Virus record (IMG/VR): IMGVR_UViG_3300027766_000001
Length of the DNA: 64,000 bases
Reading direction: 5' to 3' (one strand)
Origin: a virus
Lineage: Duplodnaviria; Caudoviricetes
Position 1 is the first letter of the stretch; every line of letters starts with the position of its first letter. Made by a program: the position numbers and the translations under genes. This document shows positions 1 through 10,759 of the stretch, in pieces. A model generated the notes under the pieces. That model saw only the letters and a list, made by a program, of their open reading frames with translations, did not search any database and was not told the DNA's origin.

Positions 1-1941
1 TCGTACCGTCAGCGTGATTATGTCACGGTGTCTTATGACGCGTCGGTATTTAAAGTGGTTGACATTCCGGTGAAAACCATGCCGACGTTTTTATCGACGT
101 TGGACAACCGTCAGAAGTTCATCTTCCATCCGCCACGTTTAAATGACGAAACGGATTTGGATGTGGTGTACTTTGATGACCTCGACTTCTGGTTGATTGG
201 TCCTGACGGCACCGGGGTGTTTTTCCACCGTAACCGCAAAGATGCGATTCGTCAGTTGACCCATCGCGACTACGCACTCTGTGTGCAGTACTTGCAGAAC
301 TTTGTACTGCAACAAGGCTGGGGTCAGCTCAACGACTGCACCGTGCGTTGTGTGATGCGTAAAAGCGGCTTTGATCAAAAGCTTGCCTTTAATAGTAACC
401 GTATAAATGAAATGTACAAACTCACCGATGCATTGATTCTTGATGTGATGGTGAACGTGCGTGCAACACTACCCGAATGGTCAGCGGCTGAACTGGAGCA
501 GTGTGACTATATTCGTCTGTTAGGTGCGCAGTATAAATTGCTGAGCTCTAACCTGGTGCGTGATGCTTACGGTTACAATGCCATGACCCAGGTAATGGCC
601 AACACCCCGCTGCTGTTAACCAAAGGCGAAACCAGCAATGGTTACGCAGTACTGTCGCCAAGTCTGCGTGAAAACGTGCAGGTGTACGAGTACGACAGCA
701 ATGGGTTGTATCTCGGCAACTATTACCAGGCAGGTGGCAACCGCTACATCGCATACAACGCTAACGCGGCGATGATTGAAGTCTACAGCGGGAAGGCGAG
801 CAAATCACCACACTACGTCTTTGGTAACGATGACGTGACGCTGTTGAAAGATTACGGTTACCGTGTCTATGCAGCGAAGTGGGACGGGACGACGGTCGAC
901 AACACCACTTGGGCAGACGTCACTAACCTCGATACCGTGTATGCGGTAAATAAAGGTAAGCTTGCGTTTGTGCACAACAAAGTGCGTAACGTGGGATTGG
1001 TGGTGTTTAACGATGTGTTCCTGGGTTACGACTTTACGCTGGATCACCTCGACAAGACACTGGCTTTCTCCATCACCTACGATTGGGTTGGCGGTGGACT
1101 GGAAGCACCGATTGCACCGGGTAACGTTGATATCATCATGAACAAGCGTTCGCTGGTTCCGGGTATCGACTACATCATGAACTACCCGCGGATTGTGATC
1201 ACCAACAAAGCGTATTTGCTCCCTGACCAGCCACAGCAGTTTACTGTACGGTGCACCGGTTGGGGTACACTCGATCTGCAACCACAGCCGGCTAATGAGT
1301 TCGGTTGGGTGACACGCGAGCACATCAGTAATAATGACGTGTTTAACTTGCGTGATGATCGAACGGTACGTTGTGTGATTGCCGGACGGTTAACCCGTCG
1401 GGAAGATCTGGTGTATGCTGAAGACGTTCCGTCAGCAGCAGGACTTGATCCCAGCTATAACGGTCAGCCGTATCACATCAGCAACATCATGGCCAGTGTG
1501 CGTGGCGTAGACGACTACGAAACCTTCCCACAACGTGAAGCAGCACTTGACCTTGACAACCGTCTGGGCGCGTACTTGACGTCGGTGTTCCCACAGCCTG
1601 ACTTTGGTGATCCTAACTTTATTCAGCAGAAGTACGTGGTGTATTCACCGCTGTTACAAAAGCTGATTTACGATTTGAAGTTGGGCTTCCTGATATTGCC
1701 GAAGGACGGTTGGGGATCGGATGAAAAGCTGGACAAGATTCTTGAGCCGTACAAGTGGTGGATGGATTTCGATCATTGCACCAAAGACATCGACTGGACC
1801 TACGTGGTAGTTCAACCGCATAACCAGCCGGGGACGTTGTCGATCACGTCGCTGCAATACGACTTCCTGAATCGTGTTATTGATCTGTACCTGAACAAGC
1901 GCACGTCGCTCTCTGGGTACTTAACCATTGCTGCAGGATAA
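1..1941 (+). CDS. Virion structural protein (tail/baseplate-associated, phiKZ gp27-like by synteny); 5-prime truncated by the window edge
   Basis: Frame 1 is open from base 1 to the stop at 1941; long beta-rich protein two genes before the terminase, as in phiKZ-like phages. Product name is from synteny only. Confidence 0.5.
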   Translation, partial: SYRQRDYVTVSYDASVFKVVDIPVKTMPTFLSTLDNRQKFIFHPPRLNDETDLDVVYFDDLDFWLIGPDGTGVFFHRNRKDAIRQLTHRDYALCVQYLQNFVLQQGWGQLNDCTVRCVMRKSGFDQKLAFNSNRINEMYKLTDALILDVMVNVRATLPEWSAAELEQCDYIRLLGAQYKLLSSNLVRDAYGYNAMTQVMANTPLLLTKGETSNGYAVLSPSLRENVQVYEYDSNGLYLGNYYQAGGNRYIAYNANAAMIEVYSGKASKSPHYVFGNDDVTLLKDYGYRVYAAKWDGTTVDNTTWADVTNLDTVYAVNKGKLAFVHNKVRNVGLVVFNDVFLGYDFTLDHLDKTLAFSITYDWVGGGLEAPIAPGNVDIIMNKRSLVPGIDYIMNYPRIVITNKAYLLPDQPQQFTVRCTGWGTLDLQPQPANEFGWVTREHISNNDVFNLRDDRTVRCVIAGRLTRREDLVYAEDVPSAAGLDPSYNGQPYHISNIMASVRGVDDYETFPQREAALDLDNRLGAYLTSVFPQPDFGDPNFIQQKYVVYSPLLQKLIYDLKLGFLILPKDGWGSDEKLDKILEPYKWWMDFDHCTKDIDWTYVVVQPHNQPGTLSITSLQYDFLNRVIDLYLNKRTSLSGYLTIAAG

Positions 1942-1945
1942 TCTG

Positions 1946-3670
1946 ATGACTGATTTATTGAGCGGTGCGTTCAAGACCACGACCACATTGGCGGCGGCCT
2001 TGCAACCTATCCTTCCCAAAGCAAACGACCTTGTGAGCTTCTGGGATATTCGTAACATCTATAAAGGCCCCGCCTTCATTCAGGAAAACGGCTACTACGC
2101 TTACGTTCCGAAAGAAGGCGATTGGGTCGTTGACCACGACAACGGTTGGTTCTACGTGGCGCATGTTGGCTTAGAAGGTGAGAACCTGTCAACGCTGGTG
2201 CCGTGGGAAGCCCCTGACCGTGCTGGCACTACCGATGATGACCTGGTGATCCTCGGCAACATCTCGCGCATGACCAGTGAGTTCATTACCTGTGGTATTG
2301 ACTACTCGCAAATGCCGCCGGTCATGAGTGTGGATAACCGCATCCAGGTGTTTGGCTCCAATGTGGCATCGGCTAAAATCTGGCTGAACAACGACATTGG
2401 CGTCAACGGGAAAGTGGTCAGCTGTCAATACGACAACTCGGGTAACATCGTGAGCGACACGGTTCCACTGGAACTGGCGAAGTTCAACGATTCACGCAAC
2501 ATTGCAGTGCGTATCCCGATGCCGTGTAACTGCTCCATGAACTTAGCGGACGGGGAAACCCTGACGTTTGCAGCCTACGATAAGAACGGCGGGATCATTC
2601 TGCCCGTGTATCGCATGGTGGTACAGAACACGGCGTTTGTCCGTCGTAATGAAGCGGGGCAAAAATACGTGAAGGCGGTACAGTTGCTCTCGCCATTCAT
2701 GAACGGCGCTGATCCGAACCTGCTTGAGATTCCGGTGTCGATTCGTGACCTGAGTCAGGTGGAGTTCCGTGCGCGTGTCTGGTATACCGACAACTCGTAT
2801 AAGGACTGGCCAGTAGACGGTGAGCGTATGGTGTTAAACGGGGTGCGGGAATATATCCCAACCATCGTCGGACAACAGGCTAACCTGACACTGACGTACT
2901 TTCTGAATGACGACGAGCAAGCGGTCTCTGCAAATCCGGGTGAGAAGAAGCACGTGGATGAACAGTATCGCATTCGTACCACGGAAGCGGTCGGCGCGTA
3001 TGCAGCGAAGCTTTACGGTTATCCGGTGTTCAAGTCGGCAACGCTTGGCTGGCAGATGTCCTGGTGGCTGTATAACCTGGATCGTCAGATGGCGTATGAG
3101 GTGACGGACAAAGTCGAAGTGGCGAAGAACTCTGAGCCGTTTGATGGGTTGAACTACGGGGTGGTGCAGCATCTGTCTTACGCGGTTACGCTGTCAGATG
3201 TGGACTCTCGTTGGAAATCGTTCCGTCATGTGCAGAACATCGATGTGGTCTTGTACGGTGCGCCAGGTCTCGCAACCGGCACTGACTGGACGGTTGGCTT
3301 TGACCCCGGTCAGGATCCCCTGTTCGGTGTGGCGCTTTCCTGTAAGATCACCACCCAGACGGCGAACTCCCGTACGGTGAGGGTGGACTCCGGTATTGCG
3401 ACCTACGCTGAATGGCTGCAGCAGATGTTCTACAACACGCGTCCGTTGCGCTCCATTGCTTCGGAATCAAAAGCCCCTGAGCCGACCCACTTCGAGATCT
3501 ACGTCGACAGCACCCACGTGTACCGCTACCCGGTATCGCAGTGGAATGCGGTTCTCACGATCAGCACGATCCTGAACATTGGTCAGACCGTGTATGTGAA
3601 GTGGCTGAAAACGGACACAGGTAACGTTGAACTGCAGCTGGGTGTTTCTGCCCTGGTGGTCAAGCAGTAA
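1946..3670 (+). CDS. Virion structural protein (phiKZ gp26-like by synteny)
   Basis: 574 aa beta-rich ORF directly upstream of the terminase; ATG at 1946 follows the previous stop. Confidence 0.5.
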   Translation: MTDLLSGAFKTTTTLAAALQPILPKANDLVSFWDIRNIYKGPAFIQENGYYAYVPKEGDWVVDHDNGWFYVAHVGLEGENLSTLVPWEAPDRAGTTDDDLVILGNISRMTSEFITCGIDYSQMPPVMSVDNRIQVFGSNVASAKIWLNNDIGVNGKVVSCQYDNSGNIVSDTVPLELAKFNDSRNIAVRIPMPCNCSMNLADGETLTFAAYDKNGGIILPVYRMVVQNTAFVRRNEAGQKYVKAVQLLSPFMNGADPNLLEIPVSIRDLSQVEFRARVWYTDNSYKDWPVDGERMVLNGVREYIPTIVGQQANLTLTYFLNDDEQAVSANPGEKKHVDEQYRIRTTEAVGAYAAKLYGYPVFKSATLGWQMSWWLYNLDRQMAYEVTDKVEVAKNSEPFDGLNYGVVQHLSYAVTLSDVDSRWKSFRHVQNIDVVLYGAPGLATGTDWTVGFDPGQDPLFGVALSCKITTQTANSRTVRVDSGIATYAEWLQQMFYNTRPLRSIASESKAPEPTHFEIYVDSTHVYRYPVSQWNAVLTISTILNIGQTVYVKWLKTDTGNVELQLGVSALVVKQ

Positions 3671-3732
3671 CTCACTGTACAGGCGTTGGGGGCGAAAGCC
3701 TCCAACCCTGTGCTTTATAAGGAACGCGTTTT

Positions 3733-5913
3733 ATGATACTGTATGGCAATGACTGGTGTAAATACCGCATGATGCCACACGTTCATTATGAGACCAAGAA
3801 CGACAGCTTCTTGAAGGTTGCGAAGAAGATGCATGACATGGGCGTGAAGAACTGCCTGTTTATGCTCTCCTTGTTCAACAAGTCTCTGATCGACGTAGAC
3901 CCGTATGATCCCAACTTAACGGAAGAACAAAAGAAGGCGATCGCCATCGAGTGCAGTATCAACTTCTGGTACTTCATTCGTGAAGTGATTCGCATCCGTG
4001 TTCCGGGTCAGGCTGAAGGTATCCGTTATATCGCCAACCGTGGCAACATGGCCTTGAGTTGGTTGTACCTCTGTCACATCGACGTGTTCTTGATCCAGCC
4101 ACGTCAGACCGGTAAATCGGTTTCTACCGACTGTATCATGTTGTGGTTAATCTACTTCGGTAGCCGTAACAACAACATCTCCCTGATTACCAAGGGTGAC
4201 CTTCGTGCAGAAAACATTAAGCGCCTGAAGGCGATGCGTGACTTCTTGCCGAAGTATCTAATTGTGCGTGACCGTCACGATCCGGACAACTCCGAGTGGA
4301 TCGGTTATGCAGCCCTGAAGAATGCGTACAAAGCTGCTATTGCACAGGGTAACGAAACTGCAGCCAACAACCTGGGTCGTGGTATTACCACGGCGACCAT
4401 TCACATCGATGAAGGCCCGTTCTTGTCATTCGTGGATATCACCATCCCGGCGGCACTGAACGCCACAACCACTGCACGACGTTATGCTGAGAAATTCGGC
4501 ACACCACACGGCAACATCTTTACCACTACGGCGGGTCGACGCGACTCCCGTGAGGGCAAGTACTTCTACGGTATCTTGCAAGATGCAGCGGTGTGGAACG
4601 AGATGTATTATGATTGCGTGGATTTCAAAGACTTGTCTGAAACCATCATGAACAACTCGGGCTCAGAAGCACCGGCGGTGAACATCACCATGTCGCATCG
4701 CCAGTTGGGGTACACTGACGAATGGTTACGTAAAACCATCGCACAGAACAAGAACGACAAGGAGTCGGCAGAACGTGACTTCCTTAACCGCTGGACTTCA
4801 GGTAACCTGACGTCTCCTCTGTCGATCGCACTCAACGAAAAGATCAACGCCTCGCAGCGTGAAGTAGTGTACACCGAGATCACCAAACACAAATACATTG
4901 TGCGGTGGTACATTACCAAGGCCGAGATCGAAAGCAACAAAACGGCCACGCACTACATCGTCGGCATGGATACCTCTGACGCGACGTCAACCGGGGACAG
5001 CAACACCATCGTCTTCCGTGATATCCGTGACATGGGTGTAGTGGCAACCATGAACTTCCGTAACACCAACACCATCAACGTCAACCACATGGTGGCGGAC
5101 TTGCTGGAACAGCACAAGAACTCCACGTTCGTTCCTGAACGTAACCGTGCACAATCCCTGATCGACCACTTACTGATTGAGCTGCCTCGTCGCGGCATGG
5201 ATCCGTTTAAGCGTATCTACAATACGTTGGTGGATGACCAGACCGTGCGTCGTACTGAGTTCATGGAATTGGTCAACACACCACTGGGTGCACGTACACA
5301 GGAATTCTACGATTCCAAACGTACGTACTTCGGGTTCTGGACTGGTTCACAATCGCGTCCGATCCTTTATGGTCGTGTATTGCAAGAATCAGCCAAACAC
5401 ACCGGGTATGCAACGCGTGACAAAGAACTGATCGATCAGATCATGGGGCTGGTTGCGAAAGGCGGGCGTGTGGATCACAAGTCAGGCGGTCATGATGACC
5501 TGGTTATTGCCTGGCTGTTGGGTTACTGGTTTATCACCGATGCGCGTCACCAAGACTGGTACGGAATCGACACACGTAAAGTGATGTGCGTTTCTGAACA
5601 GGCGCAAGGTTACAGCATAGAAGAACAAGCCTGGTTGGATTACCAAGCCCGTCTGCGTGATGAACTGACCAACACCATGGAGCTGTTGAAAACCGCAACT
5701 CATCAGATGGCAATCACCCGTCTTGAACAACAAGTGCGCAATTTACGTGCACAGGTTGTCGATATGGGCAATGATGCTATGACTGTTGACCAGTTGTTGT
5801 TGGAAGCCAAAGAAACGCGTCAGTTGAAAGCACGAGCAGGTCGTAACACTGCACCGCCGACAAATGTTGGTGCGCGTGTCAAATCACGGCGTTACGCTGG
5901 CATGTATTTCTAA
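3733..5913 (+). CDS. terL: Terminase large subunit
   Basis: Walker A QPRQTGKS, Walker B IHIDEG, RNase H-like nuclease motifs VGMDTS and HDDLVIAW; 726 aa, phiKZ gp25-like size. Confidence 0.92.
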   Translation: MILYGNDWCKYRMMPHVHYETKNDSFLKVAKKMHDMGVKNCLFMLSLFNKSLIDVDPYDPNLTEEQKKAIAIECSINFWYFIREVIRIRVPGQAEGIRYIANRGNMALSWLYLCHIDVFLIQPRQTGKSVSTDCIMLWLIYFGSRNNNISLITKGDLRAENIKRLKAMRDFLPKYLIVRDRHDPDNSEWIGYAALKNAYKAAIAQGNETAANNLGRGITTATIHIDEGPFLSFVDITIPAALNATTTARRYAEKFGTPHGNIFTTTAGRRDSREGKYFYGILQDAAVWNEMYYDCVDFKDLSETIMNNSGSEAPAVNITMSHRQLGYTDEWLRKTIAQNKNDKESAERDFLNRWTSGNLTSPLSIALNEKINASQREVVYTEITKHKYIVRWYITKAEIESNKTATHYIVGMDTSDATSTGDSNTIVFRDIRDMGVVATMNFRNTNTINVNHMVADLLEQHKNSTFVPERNRAQSLIDHLLIELPRRGMDPFKRIYNTLVDDQTVRRTEFMELVNTPLGARTQEFYDSKRTYFGFWTGSQSRPILYGRVLQESAKHTGYATRDKELIDQIMGLVAKGGRVDHKSGGHDDLVIAWLLGYWFITDARHQDWYGIDTRKVMCVSEQAQGYSIEEQAWLDYQARLRDELTNTMELLKTATHQMAITRLEQQVRNLRAQVVDMGNDAMTVDQLLLEAKETRQLKARAGRNTAPPTNVGARVKSRRYAGMYF

Positions 5914-5984
5914 TTGGTATTTCGTGACATGGGTGCGCTAACATATAGACTCATGTCACGTTTTATCTTATCAGCGAGGTTTTT

Positions 5985-6278
5985 ATGAAACAAGAAGAGT
6001 TTCGTATCCTTACTGATCTACTTCGCCGTTATGAAACGGAAGTCCCTCCAGGAGTGGCCACCACACTGGGGTTAGACTTAGTAGATCGTATTGTTAACAA
6101 AGTTGCCCGGATGGTGAATGTCGCGCCTGGTATACCGGATTGCCAATTTCTGCAGAGCATGGAACTGATCGGTTACCCGATGCTTCCGCTGCAGCAAGAT
6201 TTGGTGTCGGTGCACTTGTATGGTATCAGTACCAGCAAAGGCTTCATTCATATCAGTCCAATGGCAATGGTTGCATGA
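5985..6278 (+). CDS. Hypothetical protein
   Basis: 97 aa ORF with GAGG RBS, followed by a terminator. Confidence 0.6.
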   Translation: MKQEEFRILTDLLRRYETEVPPGVATTLGLDLVDRIVNKVARMVNVAPGIPDCQFLQSMELIGYPMLPLQQDLVSVHLYGISTSKGFIHISPMAMVA

Positions 6279-6292
6279 TTTTACTCAAACCA

Positions 6293-6335
6293 GCATAAAG
6301 GGGAGGAGCTCACGCCCCTCTCCTTTTTTATGCCG
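6293..6335 (+). terminator. Intrinsic terminator, GCATAA...TTTATGCCG class
   Basis: GCATAAAGGGGAGGAG-loop-CCCCTCTCCTTTTTTATGCCG after the 5985-6278 ORF. Confidence 0.75.
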
Positions 6336-6436
6336 ATCAATTAGTCGAGCTTACGTAACAGGCGAAAGTACCAGTACTTCAAGGTGCGATATTTAGACAT
6401 GCATGCCTCCGGTAGGGTAGTATTATTGTAATCGGT

Positions 6437-6471
6437 GGCATAAGGGCAGGGCCGAAGCCCCACCGCCTATG
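6437..6471 (-). terminator. Terminator hairpin for the minus-strand head gene
   Basis: GGCATAAGGGCAGGGC-CGAA-GCCCCACCGCC just beyond the stop at 6473; reads ...CTTATGCC on the minus strand. Confidence 0.55.
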
Positions 6472-6472
6472 T

Positions 6473-7453
6473 TTATTTCACAGCGCTGTTAATCACCACT
6501 TCAAGTTGCTGAGTAACCTGAAGAGACCATTTGTAGATTTTATCAGCCAGCTTAGAGTTAGCTTCAGTTGCAGACTCCCAGTAGAGGAAGTTCCACTGTA
6601 ACGTGCTCATGGCATCATTATCATCGGCCTCATCAAGGCCATCAAACGTATCCTGCCCGGCACCGTACGTAATGCGGTTGTCTTCAGCATCCATTTCGAT
6701 GTCGACACCCCAGCTCATGAGCTCTTTCATGAGGTCACCAAGTGCTTTGCCGTTTTCAGCAGTCAACGGTGGCAGTTCACTGGATGAGCCAGGCTTGATT
6801 TCAGGCAGATCACTTTTAATGGCGTCAAGATGGGTTTTCAGCATTGCCATCTTTTCATTGGCGAACGCAGTAAGTTCTTCTTGACTCTTACCTTTAAGCT
6901 TCTTGATATCACCCACAACTTTATCAACCAGGCTACCGTACGCTTCGGTCTGCTTCGTGTTGGCGGCGTACACATCAGACATGGTCTTCTGTGCAGAGGC
7001 GAGCGCAGTCTTCAGACTGGCAAAGTCAGAGAAATCACCAATCAACTTCGACAGGTTATTGGTTGTCGGAGCAGTCTCTTTAATCTGCTTACCACCCCAC
7101 CAATTACTGCTAGCGTAAGTGTTGTTGATTTCCTTTTCCACAGGCGCGGAGGTTTTTTCAATGGTGGCTTTGGCTTTACCGCGGCCAAGCTTCTTAAGTC
7201 CGTCGATACCTTTCTTTAACGTAGCAATAAAACCACTAAGCGCTTCAAGACCGGCACCCGGGGTAAAGTGAGTAGGGTAACGTGCAGCTAAACCCAGCTC
7301 AATCAGGTTAACGGTTGCATTATCCAGTGACTCTAAACCAGCACCATTGGCTTGGGCAACAAACTTAGTCAGGAGTTCAACATCTTGTTGCAATGCTTCA
7401 ACACCGGAATGAATAGAAAGTTGCGTGATGAATTCATCAGTAATCAATTGCAT
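6473..7453 (-). CDS. Internal head (ejection-type) protein with cleavable propeptide
   Basis: N-terminal SGVEAL, AGLESL and AGLEAL match the S/A/G-x-E cleavage consensus of the phiKZ-family prohead protease; Ala/Lys-rich helical body. Confidence 0.6.
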   Translation of the reverse strand: MQLITDEFITQLSIHSGVEALQQDVELLTKFVAQANGAGLESLDNATVNLIELGLAARYPTHFTPGAGLEALSGFIATLKKGIDGLKKLGRGKAKATIEKTSAPVEKEINNTYASSNWWGGKQIKETAPTTNNLSKLIGDFSDFASLKTALASAQKTMSDVYAANTKQTEAYGSLVDKVVGDIKKLKGKSQEELTAFANEKMAMLKTHLDAIKSDLPEIKPGSSSELPPLTAENGKALGDLMKELMSWGVDIEMDAEDNRITYGAGQDTFDGLDEADDNDAMSTLQWNFLYWESATEANSKLADKIYKWSLQVTQQLEVVINSAVK

Positions 7454-7462
7454 GGTAAACCC

Positions 7463-8827
7463 TTAAGCAGAATAATGTTTCATGGAGAGGGCGCGCAGAA
7501 TAACGTAGAGAAATAATCCCACACGCACGGTTGCAACGGTTGCCGGTGTACGAATACCGGTTGCCATGCTGACGATCTCATCACCCAGATCACGCATCTT
7601 CAGTAAGCTTTCATTACTGGTACGGCTGGAGCGATAAGCACCTTTCATTTTCGAGATCACATCCGGGATGTCATTCAGACGCAAGTTCTTAGAAGAGATG
7701 TATTCAAACAGATGCTGAATCGTCTCTTGCAAGAGTTTGTCGATGGTGCCCGATTTGTCGTAGCGGTAGTTCGAGGAGATAAACCGCAATGACGTTTCCA
7801 GTGGTGCCGGCGGAATGGTCGGGTTAGACTTGGTGATGATCTCCGCCAACTCGGGACGGTACCAGTCTGACTCGACACCCACGATGTTCTTGATGTAGCG
7901 CAGGTACATAGAGACCACACGTTCCACATCACGAATGTGGCGCACACCATCCAGCTCCACAGAGGACGACCCTTCCGTGATCATGTTCTCTTTCATCTTC
8001 ACGCTATGGAACACGTTGTTGATGGAGTTGATCACGTCACGCAAACGGTCCTGTACGTCACCTACCATGTAGATGACGGCTTTGTCATCGGTCATGCGGA
8101 CATACGTCTCGTAGTGGATACCGGTGCCCTTTGTAATAATTGACTTAGCACGCGCATCAATTAGGGCGTGCCAGCTGCCGTACTGTTTCAGGTCAAATTT
8201 CTTTGACAGCTGTTTGTACGTTTCCATGGCAACCGACTTGTTGGCCGGGTACGGGTAATCGTGCGACAGGATCGATGATAAGTTCTTGTAGTGGAAAATA
8301 CGGACCACATCAATCTTACCTTGCTCGATCTCAGCTGGACTCAACTCTTTCGAGTGGTGCAGGAGGTTTAACAACACCGGCATCGACAAGTTCATGAGGT
8401 CACCCGTTACGTGGAACTTCGGGTTCACGAACATGGTGTTGTGGACATCGTTAGTCAGATCGACTTCATCGGTATCCAGGATACTGTCGAACCATTCATT
8501 ACGATCAGCGATAGTAAACTTGATCGGGTAGACGCCAATCAGGTTACCACCAAAGAAACTGATGTGATCCTGGTTCTTGGTACGAAAGCGGTTGGAGTAC
8601 ATGGCCAGGGCTTTGACCAGTGCGCGGTTAGCAACCAGTGTCGGGCAGTTCTTCAGGAAAGCTTCCTTGATCGTCATGCCGTTGCCGGCTGTCGCGTAGG
8701 ATTCTAAGCCTGCTGACACTTTCTCAAATCCTGCTGCCCAGTCAATTGGGTCTCGTGTCTCTGACCACGGAGCCTGCAACTGCTGATTAGCACCCGACAG
8801 GATATGGTGGATATCCTCAGCAAACAT
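7463..8827 (-). CDS. Conserved virion (probably head) protein
   Basis: 454 aa; AGFEKV and AGLESY maturation-type motifs near the N-terminus; co-oriented with the adjacent head gene. Confidence 0.5.
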   Translation of the reverse strand: MFAEDIHHILSGANQQLQAPWSETRDPIDWAAGFEKVSAGLESYATAGNGMTIKEAFLKNCPTLVANRALVKALAMYSNRFRTKNQDHISFFGGNLIGVYPIKFTIADRNEWFDSILDTDEVDLTNDVHNTMFVNPKFHVTGDLMNLSMPVLLNLLHHSKELSPAEIEQGKIDVVRIFHYKNLSSILSHDYPYPANKSVAMETYKQLSKKFDLKQYGSWHALIDARAKSIITKGTGIHYETYVRMTDDKAVIYMVGDVQDRLRDVINSINNVFHSVKMKENMITEGSSSVELDGVRHIRDVERVVSMYLRYIKNIVGVESDWYRPELAEIITKSNPTIPPAPLETSLRFISSNYRYDKSGTIDKLLQETIQHLFEYISSKNLRLNDIPDVISKMKGAYRSSRTSNESLLKMRDLGDEIVSMATGIRTPATVATVRVGLFLYVILRALSMKHYSA

Positions 8828-8854
8828 AGTGCGTTCCTCTCATTGTAGTTGATT

Positions 8855-8876
8855 TTAAACCTATATTATCCATGTG
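8855..8876 (+). promoter_or_regulatory. Phage early promoter (TATATTA core)
   Basis: TTTTAAACCTATATTATCCATGTG; one of nine related sites; resembles the phiKZ early TATATTAC consensus. Confidence 0.6.
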
Positions 8877-8915
8877 AATATCTTAACCAATTTCTTAACC
8901 TGTAAGGATTTAACT

Positions 8916-9782
8916 ATGCGTGTACTGGCTATGAATCAGTTTGAGAACATGATTCGTTATGATGCGGACCTGCGCAACTACGGAAAGTTTTCTGTCTACA
9001 ATCACCCTACTGCCAAAGACGACAACCTGGCAGTGGTCTACATCCAGATCAACGGCCCACAGTGCTATGCCTTGAAAGTCACCCGTCTGATGGTGAACCC
9101 GGTTAACGTCGACGTCACTGACCTCACGGCTGCGGTGCGTAAACTGGAAGCGGATCTCGGTACCCGCTGGAATAACGGCCTGTTAGCCATCACAGCGCGT
9201 TCACTTCGTTACACAGGTGAATTTACCAACCTTATTAAAGAAAGCCCGCTGAAGGCGTTAGAGGAGGTCCTGAAAGACCCTCTGGGCTTTGACACCGAGT
9301 ACCAGAGCTTTGAAGTACCTCAGGCGATGAAAATGATCGAAGGTGCTAACCTGACCGAGATCACTAACTGGATCCAGAACAACAACGCCACGGTGCGCAG
9401 CTACATTCACTACACGAATGAAGGTGAGCAGTTTGTGGTGCTGGGTCGCCAGTTCCGTGAAGAATCGTTCCTGATGCTGACGTCGTACAACCCCGATAAA
9501 CTGGTGGCGTACTTCGACGGTATGGTAGCGGGTCGTCCGGTGCATCAACGTGTGGCGCTGGAACCGAACAGCTTCCAGGGCGACAAGTTCTTCATGGACC
9601 GCATGGGCAGAAACCCGGTCGAGCATTATGGCTCACTGTGGCGTCTGCGTCACTTCGGTACGGTTGTGACCGAAGACAAAGAACTGTACGTCCGTGGTCC
9701 GCACATCGCTGCTCGCGATCAGTTGAACATTCCTTCACAGGACGACTTCGACTTCTCTGAAAACCGCATCATCGTTATTTAA
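8916..9782 (+). CDS. Hypothetical early protein
   Basis: 288 aa from ATG 8916 with AAGGA RBS; first gene after the early promoter. Confidence 0.75.
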   Translation: MRVLAMNQFENMIRYDADLRNYGKFSVYNHPTAKDDNLAVVYIQINGPQCYALKVTRLMVNPVNVDVTDLTAAVRKLEADLGTRWNNGLLAITARSLRYTGEFTNLIKESPLKALEEVLKDPLGFDTEYQSFEVPQAMKMIEGANLTEITNWIQNNNATVRSYIHYTNEGEQFVVLGRQFREESFLMLTSYNPDKLVAYFDGMVAGRPVHQRVALEPNSFQGDKFFMDRMGRNPVEHYGSLWRLRHFGTVVTEDKELYVRGPHIAARDQLNIPSQDDFDFSENRIIVI

Positions 9783-9790
9783 GGGTTTGT

Positions 9791-10423
9791 ATGCTTAAGT
9801 TCTTTTTGAAGTTATTAGGATTCGGGGGCGTTGGGCGCTACGCACGGGTTAACAACAAGTCGCGGATCGATCCCACCATGGGTGTTGGTCCGTTGCCTGA
9901 TGAAGCCGGTAAGCTTAAAGTTATCGGTGACAATGTTTGGCGCAGGGATCCGGGTGGTACGTGGGTGATCGTCTGTGCCTGGCCGCACAAGGTCATGCGC
10001 ACCGAAGACCTACCTATCCTTGCACCAGATGGTGCTACCTTCGACATCGGTGATGATCGCTGGGTGTTCTTCAACGGGCATTGGTCGAAGTTCGGTGGGC
10101 TTGACAACAACGGACAATTTGTCAGTCGTTTACGTCAAGGCCATCGGTTACACACCGATCACCTACACCGTCGAACCACCCCACGTCTGCCAACCCGTCG
10201 GACACCGTATCCGGTTTCACCGTCCCATCAACGGGAAGATGACAACATGATGAACGCGGTCGCAGCGATGTCCGTACTCAGCATGAACAGCGGTAACGAT
10301 TACCGTAGTAACGACAACGACACGGGACGGCATTATAGCCCATCATGCCACGCCCCCACTCACCATGATCACGGAAGTTACGACAGCAGTCCTTCAGATA
10401 ACAGTTCACCGTCGTGTGACTGA
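9791..10423 (+). CDS. Hypothetical protein with amphipathic N-terminus and S/D/H-rich tail
   Basis: MLKFFLKLLGFGG start; low-complexity C-terminus HHDHGSYDSSPSDNSSPSCD. Confidence 0.65.
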   Translation: MLKFFLKLLGFGGVGRYARVNNKSRIDPTMGVGPLPDEAGKLKVIGDNVWRRDPGGTWVIVCAWPHKVMRTEDLPILAPDGATFDIGDDRWVFFNGHWSKFGGLDNNGQFVSRLRQGHRLHTDHLHRRTTPRLPTRRTPYPVSPSHQREDDNMMNAVAAMSVLSMNSGNDYRSNDNDTGRHYSPSCHAPTHHDHGSYDSSPSDNSSPSCD

Positions 10424-10481
10424 TAAATCCTGTGTCAGCAAAGTCTCTCTTTTTCGTATCACACAGCCAAGGATTTAAGTC

Positions 10482-10751
10482 ATGACTACTAAAACACACT
10501 CATACCCGACCAATGCCGCAAAAGTGGTTGCCTTCCTGAAAAGTGGTGGCATCGCTAAAGCGGGTAAGGTTGTCAAGGGGCAAGGTATCGAACTTGTCGG
10601 TTCAGTTGATGACAGCAAGCTCGAAGACTACCTGGTGGTGGTCCCACGTGTAGGGGTGTGCTCAGCGTACTGGCACGCAGCAACGTTCGGCGAAGTTGGC
10701 GAACACGGTGCAGTGCTGGTGAATAAGGCGGAAGTTTCACTGGTAAAATAA
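10482..10751 (+). CDS. Hypothetical protein
   Basis: 89 aa, AAGGA RBS, in operon. Confidence 0.7.
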   Translation: MTTKTHSYPTNAAKVVAFLKSGGIAKAGKVVKGQGIELVGSVDDSKLEDYLVVVPRVGVCSAYWHAATFGEVGEHGAVLVNKAEVSLVK

Positions 10752-10759
10752 GGCTTAAC